A stretch of 64,000 nucleotides of DNA from Octopus sinensis (lineage: Eukaryota). This document shows, in pieces, positions 38,217 through 50,209 of this stretch. Numbering within the stretch: the stretch's first letter is position 1; the number at the start of each line of letters is the position of its first letter. Made by a program: the position numbers and the translations under genes. Below the pieces are notes generated by a model, which did not search any database, was not told the DNA's origin, and worked only from the letters and a program-made list of their open reading frames with translations. The stretch is taken from NCBI RefSeq assembly GCF_006345805.1, contig NC_042999.1:155558001-155622000 (forward strand). Reading direction: 5' to 3'.

Positions 38217-39100
38217 TATATATATGGATGATGTGCCCTGTTGTGTTGTGCTAGTCATCGTTACTGCTGGTGTCACTATGAAAGTACTGCTGTTGTTGTT
38301 GTGTGCGGGATAGCAGTAGTACTATTCGAACAAATATTTAGGGCGTGACAACCTTGAAATATTGCTCTGTATGTGCATGTGTGTGTGTGTGTGCATGCGT
38401 GTGTGCGATTGCTTATTTGCATTTGATGAGTTGGCAGTTATCAATAGGAAGCCACAGCCAATTCTACTCAGCAAAAAGAAAAGAAAGCTGCTTAGATTGT
38501 CCATGTTGGAAGTCAGTTCTTCCGAACATATGGCTTCTCTTCCTGCTTATCCTTCTTCCCCGCCTCTTGTTTGTTTCCTCTTTCATATTTTTATGATTCT
38601 TCACAGTTTGATGTATGAAAATTTGACTGTTTGCTTGAACTGTGTTGGCACTGATGTTGAAGAGTCGTAATTCCGCATGGGAATGGACTTGAACTGTGAC
38701 AACCAGCCCAACCCATGCCAGCATGAAAAGCAGATGGTGATGATGAAATGACTCAAAACAACACGGGTCAACAACAAATATTAAATTAATATACACTCTA
38801 GAAACAGTACAAGAAATGTCTGTATCACCATCATTTAATGTCCATCGCCTTGACTGGCTTCCGTGCCGGTGGCACGTAAAATGCACCATTCTGACCGTGG
38901 CCGTTGCCAGCCTCGCTTGGCACCTGTGCAGGTGGCACGTACAAAGCACCCACTACACTCACGGAGTGGTTGGCGTTAGGAAGGGCATCCAGCTGTAGAA
39001 ACACTGCCAGATCAGACTGGAACCTGGTGCAGCCTTCGGGCTTCCCAGATCCCCGGTCGAACCGTCCAACCCATGCTAGCATGGAGAACGGACGTTAAAC

Positions 39101-39131
<31 letters not shown>

Positions 39132-39321
39132 TTGCATGCTGGCAAGGGCTGGAGAGCTTGAACAAGATCTGATGGGTCTAAGGACTGCATTGTGGTCCAG
39201 TGTTTGCTTTGACATGGTTTCTATGGCTGGATACCCTTCCTAATGCTAATCACTTTACAGTGTGTACCATGTGCTTATTTCATGTAATCAACACCAGTCT
39301 CATTGCCATGCAGCTTGTGTG

Positions 39322-39630
39322 CATGGAGGTGCATGGCCTAGTGGTTAGAGCAGCAGACTCGCGATCGAGGGATCGCGGGTTCGAATCTCAGACCGGGCAA
39401 TGTGTGTGTTTATGAGTGAAACACCTAAACTCTATGCAGCTCTGGCAGAAGGTAATGGCGAACTTCTGCTGACTCTTTCACCACAACTTTCTCTCACTCT
39501 TTCCTCCTGTATCTTGCAGCTCACCTGTGATGGACCGGCGTCCCGTGCAGGTGGGGAACCTATACGCCAAGGATACTGGGAAACTGGCCCTTGTGAGCCA
39601 GGCATGGCTCGAGAAGGAACAAAAAAAAAA
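39322..39630 (+). mobile_element. SINE family D
   Basis: GGAGGTGCATGGCCTAGTGGTTAGAGCAGC..GGGTTCGAATC. Confidence 0.85.
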
Positions 39631-40584
39631 AACAAGCAGCTTGCAAGATTATGACTGCAAAGAGAGCAGATTTATGCTTGATGAGGGGCCAGAGCAGAAC
39701 AGATTTCTTACTGTAAAGGAGCTACATGGTTGTTAATGTTTTGGAAGAGAGGGTGGAAAGGATCAGGCGAAGTAAGAGTACATTATAAATGTCATACACA
39801 TACATTGTTTTTATCCAATACTCTTCCAGTTGTGTATATTGATTTAATTGTAGCCTGGCTGTCTTTCACATAACTCAATGAATGTCTTATTTATTTATTT
39901 CTGTTCCAGAACAAATATATTTTTGGCTTAACTTAAATCAGAATGTCCAGGGGTGTTTGTCACTGAGGGGACAAAATGAGGTCAAAACATTAGTGTCGGA
40001 GGGTCCACTGATGAAATTCTGACTGAGCTTTGTGATTTTTAATGCACAAATCTCTTTCAGAGGTTTCTCCAAGATAAAATATCACAGCTGATGCTGTTCT
40101 ATATTAATGTATACATTATAAATCTAATACACATTGTTATTATAATGGAAAAATATTGATTTTTTCTCTCTACATAACACTTCTAATTCTTCCATTTAAT
40201 GTCAGCCTATTTGACATTTGAGGCTTATTTGAGGCTATAGTAGAAGACACATGCCCAAGGTGCCATGCAGTGGGACTGAACCTGGAAACATGTGGTTGGG
40301 AAGCAACCATGCCTGCGCCTACATGACGAAGTTTATAAAACAGCTGTAAGCCTAAGGATGACAAGAGATTAAATAAATATATTCACCTCTCATACCTCCT
40401 GATTTTTTGTGGTTTTATGGTTTATACACTCCTCATAAAATAATCTCATTGATTGGATCTCCTGGATTTCAGCTACATGGAACTCTGCATTAAATTCCTC
40501 TGTATTGCATTATTATGTGGTCTGCTAATGAAGTCAGCAAGAGGAGCTTTCTGTGACAGTCACACAATTCTATGAGTCCTTATA

Positions 40585-40925
40585 TTCTGAGACCCCCTTC
40601 GGTCACGACACAGACACTGGGATTGAACCTAGAAAGTAACCCTCCCAAGCACAAGTCCGGGCAAGGTTGTTTATGGAAGACCAGCAGTCGCCCATGCATA
40701 CTGGCCTCCTCTCTCCATGCCACCAGTGTTATCCAAGGGAAAGGCAAAGGCCGATACAGCTTGGCACCTGTGACGTTTCAACTCATTTCTACAGCTGAGT
40801 GAACTGGAGCTACGTGAAATAAAGTGTTTTGCTCAAGAACACAACACGCAGCCCAGTCCAGGATTCGAGCTCACAACCTCATGATCATAAGCTCGGCGCT
40901 CTAACCACTGTGCCATGTGCCTTCA
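40585..40925 (-). mobile_element. SINE family E
   Basis: Minus head GTGAAGGCACATGGCACAGTGGTTAGAGCGCCGAGC..GAGCTCGAATCC. Confidence 0.8.
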
Positions 40926-41631
40926 CATTAATCCTTATATTACATTACGAAGATATATATATATATATATATATTTTTGTAAAAGAGAAGATGCAGATTT
41001 TTTTCTCTAGAATTCTATCTAAATGTATTGGTTTCTCTTTGTGAGCCACATCTGCTAAGAATATCAAAGAACGGCTGAGCGTTATGTCAACACATGTCCA
41101 TATTATAGTATTACGTATTACTAAAAATGGTGTAGAATAATCATTTGTGGGGGGATTTTAAGGATGACAGCATTTGTCTTTGACAGTCACTAAAGTGTTT
41201 AGGAGATGAGAAAAACTCAGGAACCGTAACTACTGAATAACATATGGAAATCTAATCACCAAATGGGATATGTTGAAGACTGCGATTCCCATTAGAATTT
41301 TATGAGAATAGAACCCTTTTCCCACCTAATATGAACCAATTAGGGCTTCACCGAGAATCTTGTTTTCTTCTTCTTCCTGAATATCAATCTAATATCTTTA
41401 ATGAAATGGTGTTAAAGACAACAAGCCTGGAGTTGGTAGGAATGTGAAATATTAAAGAAAAATATTCCCTCGCACTAATGTTGCGGCTGCGGAGGTAGAA
41501 GTGGTGGTGGTGTTGATAGTTGTAATGATGATGGTGGTGATGCTGATGATGATGGTAATGTTTGTCGTGGTGATAGTGGTGATGGTGGGGTTGTGGTGGC
41601 ACTGGTAATTGTAATAGTCTTGATAGTTGTA

Positions 41632-42170
41632 GGCGCAGGAGTGGCTGTATGCTAAGTAGCTTGCTTATAAACCACATGGTTCTGGGTTCATTCCCACTGT
41701 GAGGCACCTTGGGCATGTGTCTTCTACTATAGCCTCGGGCCGACCAAAGCCTTGTGAGTGGATTTGGTAAATGGAAACTGAAAAAGAAGCCCGTTGTATA
41801 TATATATATATAAATACTGCCAGATCAGACTGGAGCCTGGAGCAGCCCCTGGCTCCCCAGACCCCGGTCGAACCGTCCAACCCGTGCTAGCGCGGAAAGC
41901 GGACGTTAAACGATGATGATGATGATGATGATGAAATATGTATGTGTGTGTATATGTTTGTGTGTGTGTGTATGCTGTCCCCCCAAAATTGCTTGACAAC
42001 AGATGCTGGTGTGTTTACATCCCCATAACTTAGCAGTTTGGCAAAAGAGACCGATAGAATAAGTACTAGGCTTACAAAGAATAAGTCCTGGGGTCGATTT
42101 GCTCGACTAAAGGCGGTGCTCCAGCATGGCCGCAGTCAAATGACTGAAACAAGTAAAAGAGTAAAAGAGT
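41632..42170 (+). mobile_element. SINE family B with a nested RTE 3'-end copy (41815-41935)
   Basis: SINE halves flank an (ATG)n-tailed insert. Confidence 0.85.
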
Positions 42171-42244
42171 TGTGTTAATGATGATGATGGTGGTGGTGGT
42201 GGTAGCAGCAATGGTGGCAGTGGTGGTAGTTGTGGTAGTGATAT

Positions 42245-42640
42245 CTTTTACTTGTTTCACTCATTAGATTGTGGCGATACTGGAGCACTGTGTTGAAGAA
42301 TTTTATGTCAAACAAATCAAGCCCCCTCCCCCACCAGTACTTATCTTTTCAAGTCTGGTCCTTGTTTTATCAGCCTCTTGTGCCAAACTGCTAACTTTAC
42401 ATGGATGTAAACGTACCAACACTGGCTGTGAAGTGGTGGTAGGAGACAGACACAAAGACGCACACACACACACATATATAGGACAGGCTTCTTTCAGTTT
42501 CAGTCTCCCAAATCCACTCACAAGGTTTTGGTTGGCCTATGGCTATAGCAGAAGACACTTGCCCAAGGTGTCACGCAGTGAGACTGAACCTGGAACCATA
42601 TGGTTGGGAAGTAAACTTCTCACCACATACCCATGCTTGC
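42245..42640 (-). mobile_element. SINE family B, antisense, older copy
   Basis: Antisense match to 41632-42170. Confidence 0.75.
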
Positions 42641-42945
42641 ACCTATAAAAAGCACCATCCGAATTGTAGCCGAAGCCAGGGCCGCCTTGACTGGCTTCCA
42701 TAAAATGCACCAATCCGACCGTGGCCGATGCCAGCCTTGCCTGGCACCATTGCAGGTGGCACGTAAAAAGCACCCACTACACTCACGGAGTGGTTGGCGT
42801 TAGGAAGGGCATCCAGCTGTAGAAACTTTGCCAGATAAGACCGGAGCCTGGTGCAGCCTTCTGGCTTCCCAGATCCCCGGTCGAACCATCCAACCCATGC
42901 TAGCATGGAGAACGGACGTTAAACGATGATGATGATGATGATGAT
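42640..42945 (+). mobile_element. RTE 3'-end copy
   Basis: CACGTAAAAAGCACCC..CCATGCTAGCATGGAGAACGGACGTTAAACG(ATG)n. Confidence 0.85.
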
Positions 42946-43290
42946 GTGATGATGGTGGTGGTTGCGATGGTAGTGTTGTTGCTTTCTTCACCTAACTGTT
43001 ATTTCAGGTTTCTGATATTAATATTTTGGCTTTTTCTCTTGAATTTTGTATGTTGATGTGAGTTTGAAAGGTGTGTATAACAGCCAACCTTTGTCTCAAA
43101 CTATGTTCATATCAAACTATTGTTGGGGAAGATAATCTGTCTGATATAATTACTAACCTGTATAGTCTTGGCTGATTTAGCTATTTCTCTGTAGATCAAA
43201 ATATGATGATGATGATCATCATCATCATTTAACGTCCATTTTCCATGCTGGCATGGGTTGGACTGTTTGACTGAGGTCTGAAAAGCCAAT

Positions 43291-43600
43291 GCGGAGGCAC
43301 AATGGCCCAGTGGTTAGGGCAGCAGACTTGCAGTTGGAGGATCGCAGTTTCAATTCCCAGACCGGGCATTGTGTGTGGTTATCGAGCGAAAACACCTAAA
43401 AGCTCCACGAGGCTCTGGTAGCGGGTGGTGGCGATCCCTGTTGTACTCTTTTGCCACAACTTTCTCTCACTCTCTCTTCCTGTTTCTTGAGTAATGCTGT
43501 GATGGACTGGCGTCCCGTCCAGCTGGGGGGAACACATATGCCACAGAAACTGGGAAACCGGGCCCATGAGCCTGGCTAGGCTTGGAAAGGACGACATTTT
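43291..43600 (+). mobile_element. SINE family D nested in an antisense RTE 3'-end copy
   Basis: Flanks GAAAAGCCAATG on both sides of the SINE (target-site duplication-like). Confidence 0.8.
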
Positions 43601-43776
43601 TTTTTTACGTGAAAAGCCAATGGCTGCACCAGGCTGCAATCTGATCTGGCAATGTTTCTATAGCTGGATACCCTTCCTAATGCCAACCACTCCTAGAGTG
43701 TAGTGGGTGAACAACATTAATCAATTTTTAAATGTTACTGGAATTTCATCAGAGGCATGCTGGAACCTACGAATTT

Positions 43777-43894
43777 GTTTATGGCCATATCACTTTGAAA
43801 ACACCGGTTCTCGTCCGATAACTGAAGTTAAGCAAAGTCAAGCCTCGTTAGCACTTAGATGGGTGACCGCTTGGGAAACCTAGGTGCTGTAAAC
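43777..43894 (+). rRNA. 5S rRNA: dispersed 5S rRNA copy, probably a retro-pseudogene
   Basis: GTTTATGGCCATATCACTTTGAAAACACCGGTTCTCGTCCGATAACTGAAGTTAAGC..GATGGGTGACCGCTTGGGAAACCTAGGTGCTGTAAAC; near full length with several CpG-decay-type changes. Confidence 0.9.
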
Positions 43895-44069
43895 GTCTTT
43901 CTATCTTTTTATCGTCCAACCCATGCTAGCATGGAAAGCGGATGTTAAACGATGTTGATGATGATGATGATGATGCACCTACATCAATTTGACAAATCTC
44001 AGAGAAACAAGCAGACAAGTTGTTTATATATTCAACAATAGCTACAGTAAACTGGAGTTACTAATTAAC

Positions 44070-44750
44070 ATACTGTAAATGCTAACAGTTTCATATATCT
44101 GGGAATTTGGATAACATCAGATGGAAGGTCAGATAAGGATATCAAGTGCAGAATTGGATTAGCAAAGAAGAATAAGTCCTGGGGTCAATTTGCTCGACTA
44201 AAGGCGGTGCTCCAGCATGGCCGCAGTCAAATGACTGAAACAAGTAAAAGAGTAAAAGAGTTGTGTTAATGATGATGATGATGATGATGAGGATATGAGG
44301 AGCATTTTTTGTGCAAAGAGAATTGGAATGGAAGTCAAGAAAAGACTATTGAAGTGCTACATCTTGTTTGTGTGAGGCTTGGACAATAAGCAAAGTCGTG
44401 GAGAAGAGACTCAAAGCTGCTGAAATGTGGTTTTATAGAAAAATGCTTAGAATCTCGTGGGTACAGAGGGTAACAAAGTGGAAGTTTTGAAGAAGATGAA
44501 AGTGAAGAGACAGTTGATGGATACTATCAGAGAGAGAAACAGACAGTGGAGAGTTGTTGGTCATTTTCTCAGAGAGGATGATGGAATGGAGCGTTACATG
44601 GTGGACACAGAACTGGTGGGAAGGAGAGCGAGAGGAAGGCAGAGAATGAAGATGTTCAACTGGATGAAGAAGAGAATGAACGTGCAGATCGAGAAAGACC
44701 TGGGAGATGTTGTGAGAGACAGAAATAAATGGAGGAGGAACAAGCCATGA
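44070..44750 (+). mobile_element. second RTE-clade LINE 3' fragment, decayed, interrupted at 44170-44290
   Basis: FIYLGIWITSDG..RIGLAK, EAWTI..AAEMWFYRKMLRISW, GRRARGRQRM..RDRNKWR. Confidence 0.8.
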
Positions 44751-47009
44751 TTCATCAACAGCATGAATATGCCAATGACACAAAAGAGAGAGAGAGAAAG
44801 AGAGAGAAGGGGGGAGAGAGAAAGAGAGAGAGAGAGAAGAGGAGAAATGCTAACACTTTATTTCAAATATCAAGGTCCTATCAACAGGGATCCCAGTCCA
44901 TACAGTGTCATCAAGCTATGATATAATACATGTGACCCGTATAGTACCTGTATAAACAGGGCTAATTAAGTTGTTTATCTGCAGATTGAAAAAACTATGA
45001 ACAACCTTAATTGATTGTTGGGCAATAAACTGCACTTCTGAAGACCTGTTGAGGCAAGTAAAGTCTTGTCATGGCTGATGACAGTACTGCCTGATTGGCA
45101 CCATTCAAGTGTGGTCAATGCTAGTGCCGCTTGACTGGTCCTGTGCTGGTGGTATGTAAAAAAGCACCATTCAAGCATGGTTGATGCCAGTACCGCCTGA
45201 CTGGCCCTCGTGCCAGCGTCACGTAAAAAGAACCCACTACACTCTCGGAGTGGTTGGTGTTAGGAAGGGCATCCAGCTGTAGAAACTTTGCCAGATCGGA
45301 TTGGAGCCTGGTGCAGCCTTCTGGCCTTCCCAGTCCCCAGTCAAACCATCCAACCCATGCTAGCATGGAAAGCAGATGTTAAATGACAATGATGATGATG
45401 ATGATGATGTTTCATTGTTAGTTTTTACTAACCTACAAACAAATATTTTATTTCAAAAATTTACATGTGTATATATGGGGTCCACAGATGATAAATTACA
45501 ATACAGTGTGTTGAATGTTTTTCTTTACATAGCACCAGCACTGGTGCTATTTATGTGGCACTAGTATGTGTACTTTTTACATGATGCCCACATGGGTGAT
45601 TGTTACATGGTACCAGCATGGATGCGTTTTACTTGACACCAGCACAGGTGCTTTTTATGTGGCATGTTAAAAATGTTCTTTCATCTGAAATAAATATTTG
45701 GTAATGGAATTAGTTTTGCAGTGTTGGTCTAAAAGCTAGAAACAGAAATGCAATTGTCATAAAGCCACAGGTATGATGGGCATGTGGTTAAGAAGTTTGC
45801 TTTGTGACTAAGTGATTTTGGGTTTGATTTCACATCATGGTACATTGACCAAGTGTTGTTACTATAGTCTCAGGATAAACAAAACCTTGAGATGAAATTT
45901 TGGTAAACAGAAGCTGCCCGGAAGGAATCTTGTCAGAAAGCATGCTTTTGTCTTCTGTCATAGACTTTCATCCATCATTTCCTTTAATTAACACCATTAC
46001 CCGATCCTTGAGTACTTTTAGCAGAGCCTATTGTGTTGCAGAGAAGGCAGAAATGTGGCCTGGTAGTTAGGGCATTCAGCTCAGAGTCATTATGTCATGG
46101 GTTCCATTCTTGAACTGAGCAGTAATCTTGATGATCATCATCATCATCGTTTAATGTCCGTTTTCTATGCTGACATAAATTGGACGGTTTGACTGGGGAC
46201 TGGCAAGCCAGGAGGCCGCATCAGGCTCCAATCTGATCTAGCAATGTTTCTAAAGCTTGATGCCCTTCCTGATGCCAACCACTCCGAGAGTGTAGTAGGT
46301 GCTTTTTACATGTCACTGGCACGGGAACCAGTCGGGGTGGGGTGGTGGTGCTAGCATCGACCATGTTTGGATGGTGCTTTTTATGTGCCACCGGCTCATG
46401 AGCCAGTCAGGGCAGGGTGGCTGGCATCGACCACGTTCAGATGGTGCTTTTTACGTGCTACCGGCATGGGAGCCAGTCAGGGCGGGGTGGCTGGCATCGA
46501 CCACAACTACAGTTTCTATTTTTGATTGTGATTTGGTTTTTGATTTTACTTAAGTTAATAGGTCTTCTCAAGCATGGAATGTCACCTGATGATTCAAAGG
46601 TACCTTTTAAATGGGCAGGTTATGCAACACTGGTATAGGCTATGGCTGTAATCTCACTTTACTTGTCGGGTCTTCTCAATCACAGCAAATCTCCAGAGGT
46701 CTCGGTCTCAATGATATTTAATAAGGTACAGTGGAAGATGATAATAGTACTATTTCTTCCTGACACATAACCAAACAGCATCTCATCTAGGAAAACTCTC
46801 TTCCAAATCAAAGGAGCTCCAACTCTTTCTGTAACTTTCCTAACTTGAATAATGGTTGTTTAGATACCTATTAGTTTTAGCGTGAATTTTTTTTATAAAC
46901 CTTAACTCTCTTATAATGTTATTAAATAAATCTCCAGATTTTTAAGCTTGAACATCAAAGTTTCAGAATTTCAAAGGAAAACAAAATTAACTAAAGGAAG
47001 TTTTTGTTT

Positions 47010-47220
47010 ATGCCTTTCGTTTGTATTTGAAGTGTATAAATATATTTTGTTTGTATTTGAAGTATATAAATATATCTTATTTACGTTTATAATTATATAA
47101 ATATATTTTGTCCGTGTTTAAGGTGTATAAATATATTTTATTTCTATTTGAAATGTAAAATGTATGAATATTATATTTTGTTTGTATTTGAAGTATATAA
47201 ATATATTTTATTTACGTTTG
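47010..47220. repeat. AT-rich ~30-bp minisatellite (TATTTTGTTTGTATTTGAAGTATATAAATA-like), about 6-7 degenerate units
   Basis: Direct reading; no unique spacers. Confidence 0.7.
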
Positions 47221-48673
47221 TAATTTTGTTTTCAACTGTAAATTTGAAACTAAAATAACAATATTTTAGCCACTCCTGGCCAGGAGTTTTCGTTTTTAAA
47301 AAATATCTCAAAATTTCAGGAAATGAAACTTCTGATGCTGTTTGAAATGTAAATAAAAATATATTTTTCTCTTCTAATACAAACGAAATACAGTTATATA
47401 CAAAAAAAAACCAAAAAAAAACAGCACTTGGAAATCCCTTAATCCTATTAAGCTTCTGGTAAAAATTAATTTAAAAAGGTGCTTTTTGCTTTTAATTAAG
47501 AAAAAATCTTTTAGGAACTTTCTTAATCTCCGACATAGAAAGAGAATCGGAAACCGTTTGAAAACAATTTATGCAAAAGGGAAAATAGGAGTGTGACGAA
47601 GAAATCCACACTCAAAGCATTAAGGACTCTGAAAGAATTAGTACTAGCGTGGGATTAAACAACACGCTAAAACTAACACGAGCCAAACGGGATGAAGGGT
47701 GAAGAGACTCAGTGCGGTCGGCCGACATGCTAGAAATAGCAGCCAAATCACTCAGAAATTTAATGAAGTATGAATACCAAAAGAATGTCAGGATAAATAT
47801 ACAAAATAATGGATCGTCACCATTTGAACGCCTTTGCTGACCAGAGCAAAGCCGTCTTTACAGCATTAAAGCACCCCCGAGCAAAGCAATATATCGGAGC
47901 ATATATTGTAATTTAACGTTCATGCTGGCATGGGTTAGACGGGTGTGAGGACAGCACACTATGCTGTCAACTTTTATAGTTTTTATTTATTGGCAGCAGC
48001 TATAACATACATAGAATAGCTTTAGGTGTCTGGCCCCATGGGGGGGGGGTGAGGCCGAGGATAATGTCCAATGTATCCATGCCGTCTCAAGACACCACTG
48101 GACCTGTGGTTAAATAATTTAACCACATCAATATAATGCACAGATATTTAACGTAAATGGGCTTGTATAAGAATTACGACTGCAATTAATATACATAAGA
48201 GTGATTGATAAAATTAAATTTGAGAGGTAATTAGAATATATTTTAATATATTTTAGCGTCTCATTAACAATCTAAAAATATCTTAAATTATCTTTTTTAT
48301 AAACATCGTTTTAAAATATTATAAAACTATAAATAGCTTAGCTCGAAGTACCGTAAAGTTTTTGTTGAACGACACTCCCGGTTGTGCGCACTTGAATTGC
48401 TGAAGACACGAAGTAAGTAACACACAGCTTTTATTGAGAATATTCTTCATTATTTCGAATTTCTTTACTGTTTTAACTTTATTGTCTTCATTACATTTAT
48501 TTCAGTAAACAATTGTGTTGTTTATTATTGAAGAGATACTGTTTAGAAACGTTTGTGTGTGTGTGTACGCGCGGTTTTTTTTTTTTGCTCGATATTATTA
48601 CAACACGTGTCTTCAGTTTTTCGTTATTTTAACAAACCTGGCATTATTAAAAGAATTAATCTCTCTATATAAA

Positions 48674-49029
48674 TCTTTATATATAAAAGTGAAGTTGTGT
48701 GTTGTCTGTCCCCTTCGATTTAGATTCCTAACTACTCCAACATTTTGCGGTGCAGTTTAACCCAAAACCGGGTACCTTATTGTCGTGATTCATATCGAGC
48801 CCTTCTGGGTATTAGCACGTGTCTACGATGAGTCTACGATTTAAAAAAAAATTTACTATCATTTTTTTCCATTTTAATGCATTTTTTCGCTATTATATAA
48901 GGGAAGTAACTCTCTAAAAATGTCAACGATTTAAAAAATTTACCATAATTTTTTTTGCTATAACTCTCTAAAAATGCTTATATAGTTATTTCCCTTACAA
49001 ACCCGAGCAACGCCGGGCGATACTGCTAG
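48674..49029 (+). mobile_element. non-autonomous Helitron
   Basis: A|TC start; subterminal hairpin CCCGAGCAACGCCGGG; CTAG|T end. Confidence 0.85.
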
Positions 49030-49363
49030 TTATTAATATATCGGCGAAAGCCCATATGTAAAAAAAAAAAAAGAAGGTTTTTACGGAAATCGACGGAAAG
49101 GTCTACTAGAGACGAAAGATTGCCAATATATCTTGTTTATTTGACATTCAGAAATTATGTTTCTTGAAATAGAACAATTTTGTTTTCATATTTTTATCTA
49201 AAGAAGACAGAAATGAAATAATTAAACTTTGTTAAATTGGGTGTTGGTCACATCCGGCATAAAAAATTCCATGCACGAGTTACGTAGTGAATCTCTAGAC
49301 AAAATATTCCATAGGGAAACCAAGTCTACAGCAACCGATATCTATCTCTCTGTTATCTATCTG

Positions 49364-49393
49364 ATGGACGAACGTTGGTGGAATCGGCTGCGC
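49364..49393 (+). CDS. candidate first coding exon MDERWWNRLR
   Basis: ATG in ctgATGG context, phase-0 consensus donor gtaagt; could equally be a 5'UTR exon. Confidence 0.3.
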
Positions 49394-49647
49394 GTAAGTT
49401 AGTGCTTTAAAAAAGTTTGTTTTATAAAAGATTTTTTTGTAAATTTTCAGATTAATTCACCTATTTTTTTATGCAAAACTTGTCTAACAACTTACACATT
49501 CGGGTTTGCTGAATATTTTTTTTATAGGAAATTCGCCCTCTGGCAAAATTTCCAAATTTTAAACGGCGGTCTTCAGCTTTCTTAACCATTTTCTTTTCGA
49601 AGAATGGCATCTTCAAACCATGAAGACAGCGTACCTCATACACCAAA

Positions 49648-49852
49648 CGGGTACTACTAGCGAATAGTGGTCCCGGTGCGCGCACTCGTGCTAGCTAGTT
49701 GTAAGTAGTCGATCCTACAACGACTTAAACTAAGTAAAATTATTTTTATAAACAAACTAAGGTTAGGGTTAAAAAGTCGTTGTGGAATCGACTACTTACG
49801 ACCAGCTAGCGCGAGTGCGCGCACCGGGACCATTGTTCGCTAGTAGTACCCG
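49648..49852. mobile_element. 205-bp MITE with long TIRs and a 5-bp TSD (CCAAA)
   Basis: CGGGTACTACTAGCGAA..CCGGTGCGCGCACTCG arms inverted over about 75 bp; CCAAA on both flanks. Confidence 0.85.
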
Positions 49853-49966
49853 CCAAACGCTGGTCTCTACGTAGAATTCCTTGACTTCTCGCTACCACAA
49901 ATTATTTCACACACATACACACACACACACATTGAGAGACGAGAAATTTAAAAGCAACAACTAGAG

Positions 49967-50209
49967 ATGTCAACGTTAGCTAATGCCAATACCACCACCA
50001 TCAACAACAACAAAATTATCGCAAAGCCGTCCACCGTGACCTCCACCAAAGACAGTGCCAACACCAACAGTACTACTACAACTTCTACCTCTACTACCGA
50101 CACCACCAAAGACAACAACAACAAAAATTTTGCTGAAGCTTTAAAGCAAAATAAAACAATTGTCACATTCACTGCCCAACAAATTAATGAAACAAAAAGC
50201 ACTTCTTAG
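49967..50209 (+). other. Thr/Asn-rich 80-aa ORF containing NFAEALK; possible truncated retroelement ORF1 or host first exon
   Basis: ORF track; xFAEAL resembles basic motifs in gag-like ORF1 N-termini; possible donor gtaaag at the stop. Confidence 0.25.

Larger units (their letters stand above)
48340..50000. promoter_or_regulatory. CpG-enriched, promoter-like zone with first-exon-type donor sites on both strands
   Basis: Locally high CpG; plus donors GAA|gtaagt (48413) and CGC|gtaagt (49394); minus donor GAG|gtacgc (49634). Confidence 0.4.

Noticed and set aside
38464-38700. AELRLF plus a basic RxxR site as a TGF-beta propeptide
   Set aside because: Motif too short, spacing wrong, and no cystine-knot domain follows
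43777-43894. 5S copy as part of a functional tandem 5S array
   Set aside because: Single copy, CpG-decay-type substitutions, and joined to a LINE tail
47010-47220. ~30-bp repeats as a CRISPR array
   Set aside because: Tandem degenerate units without unique spacers, eukaryotic context, no cas genes
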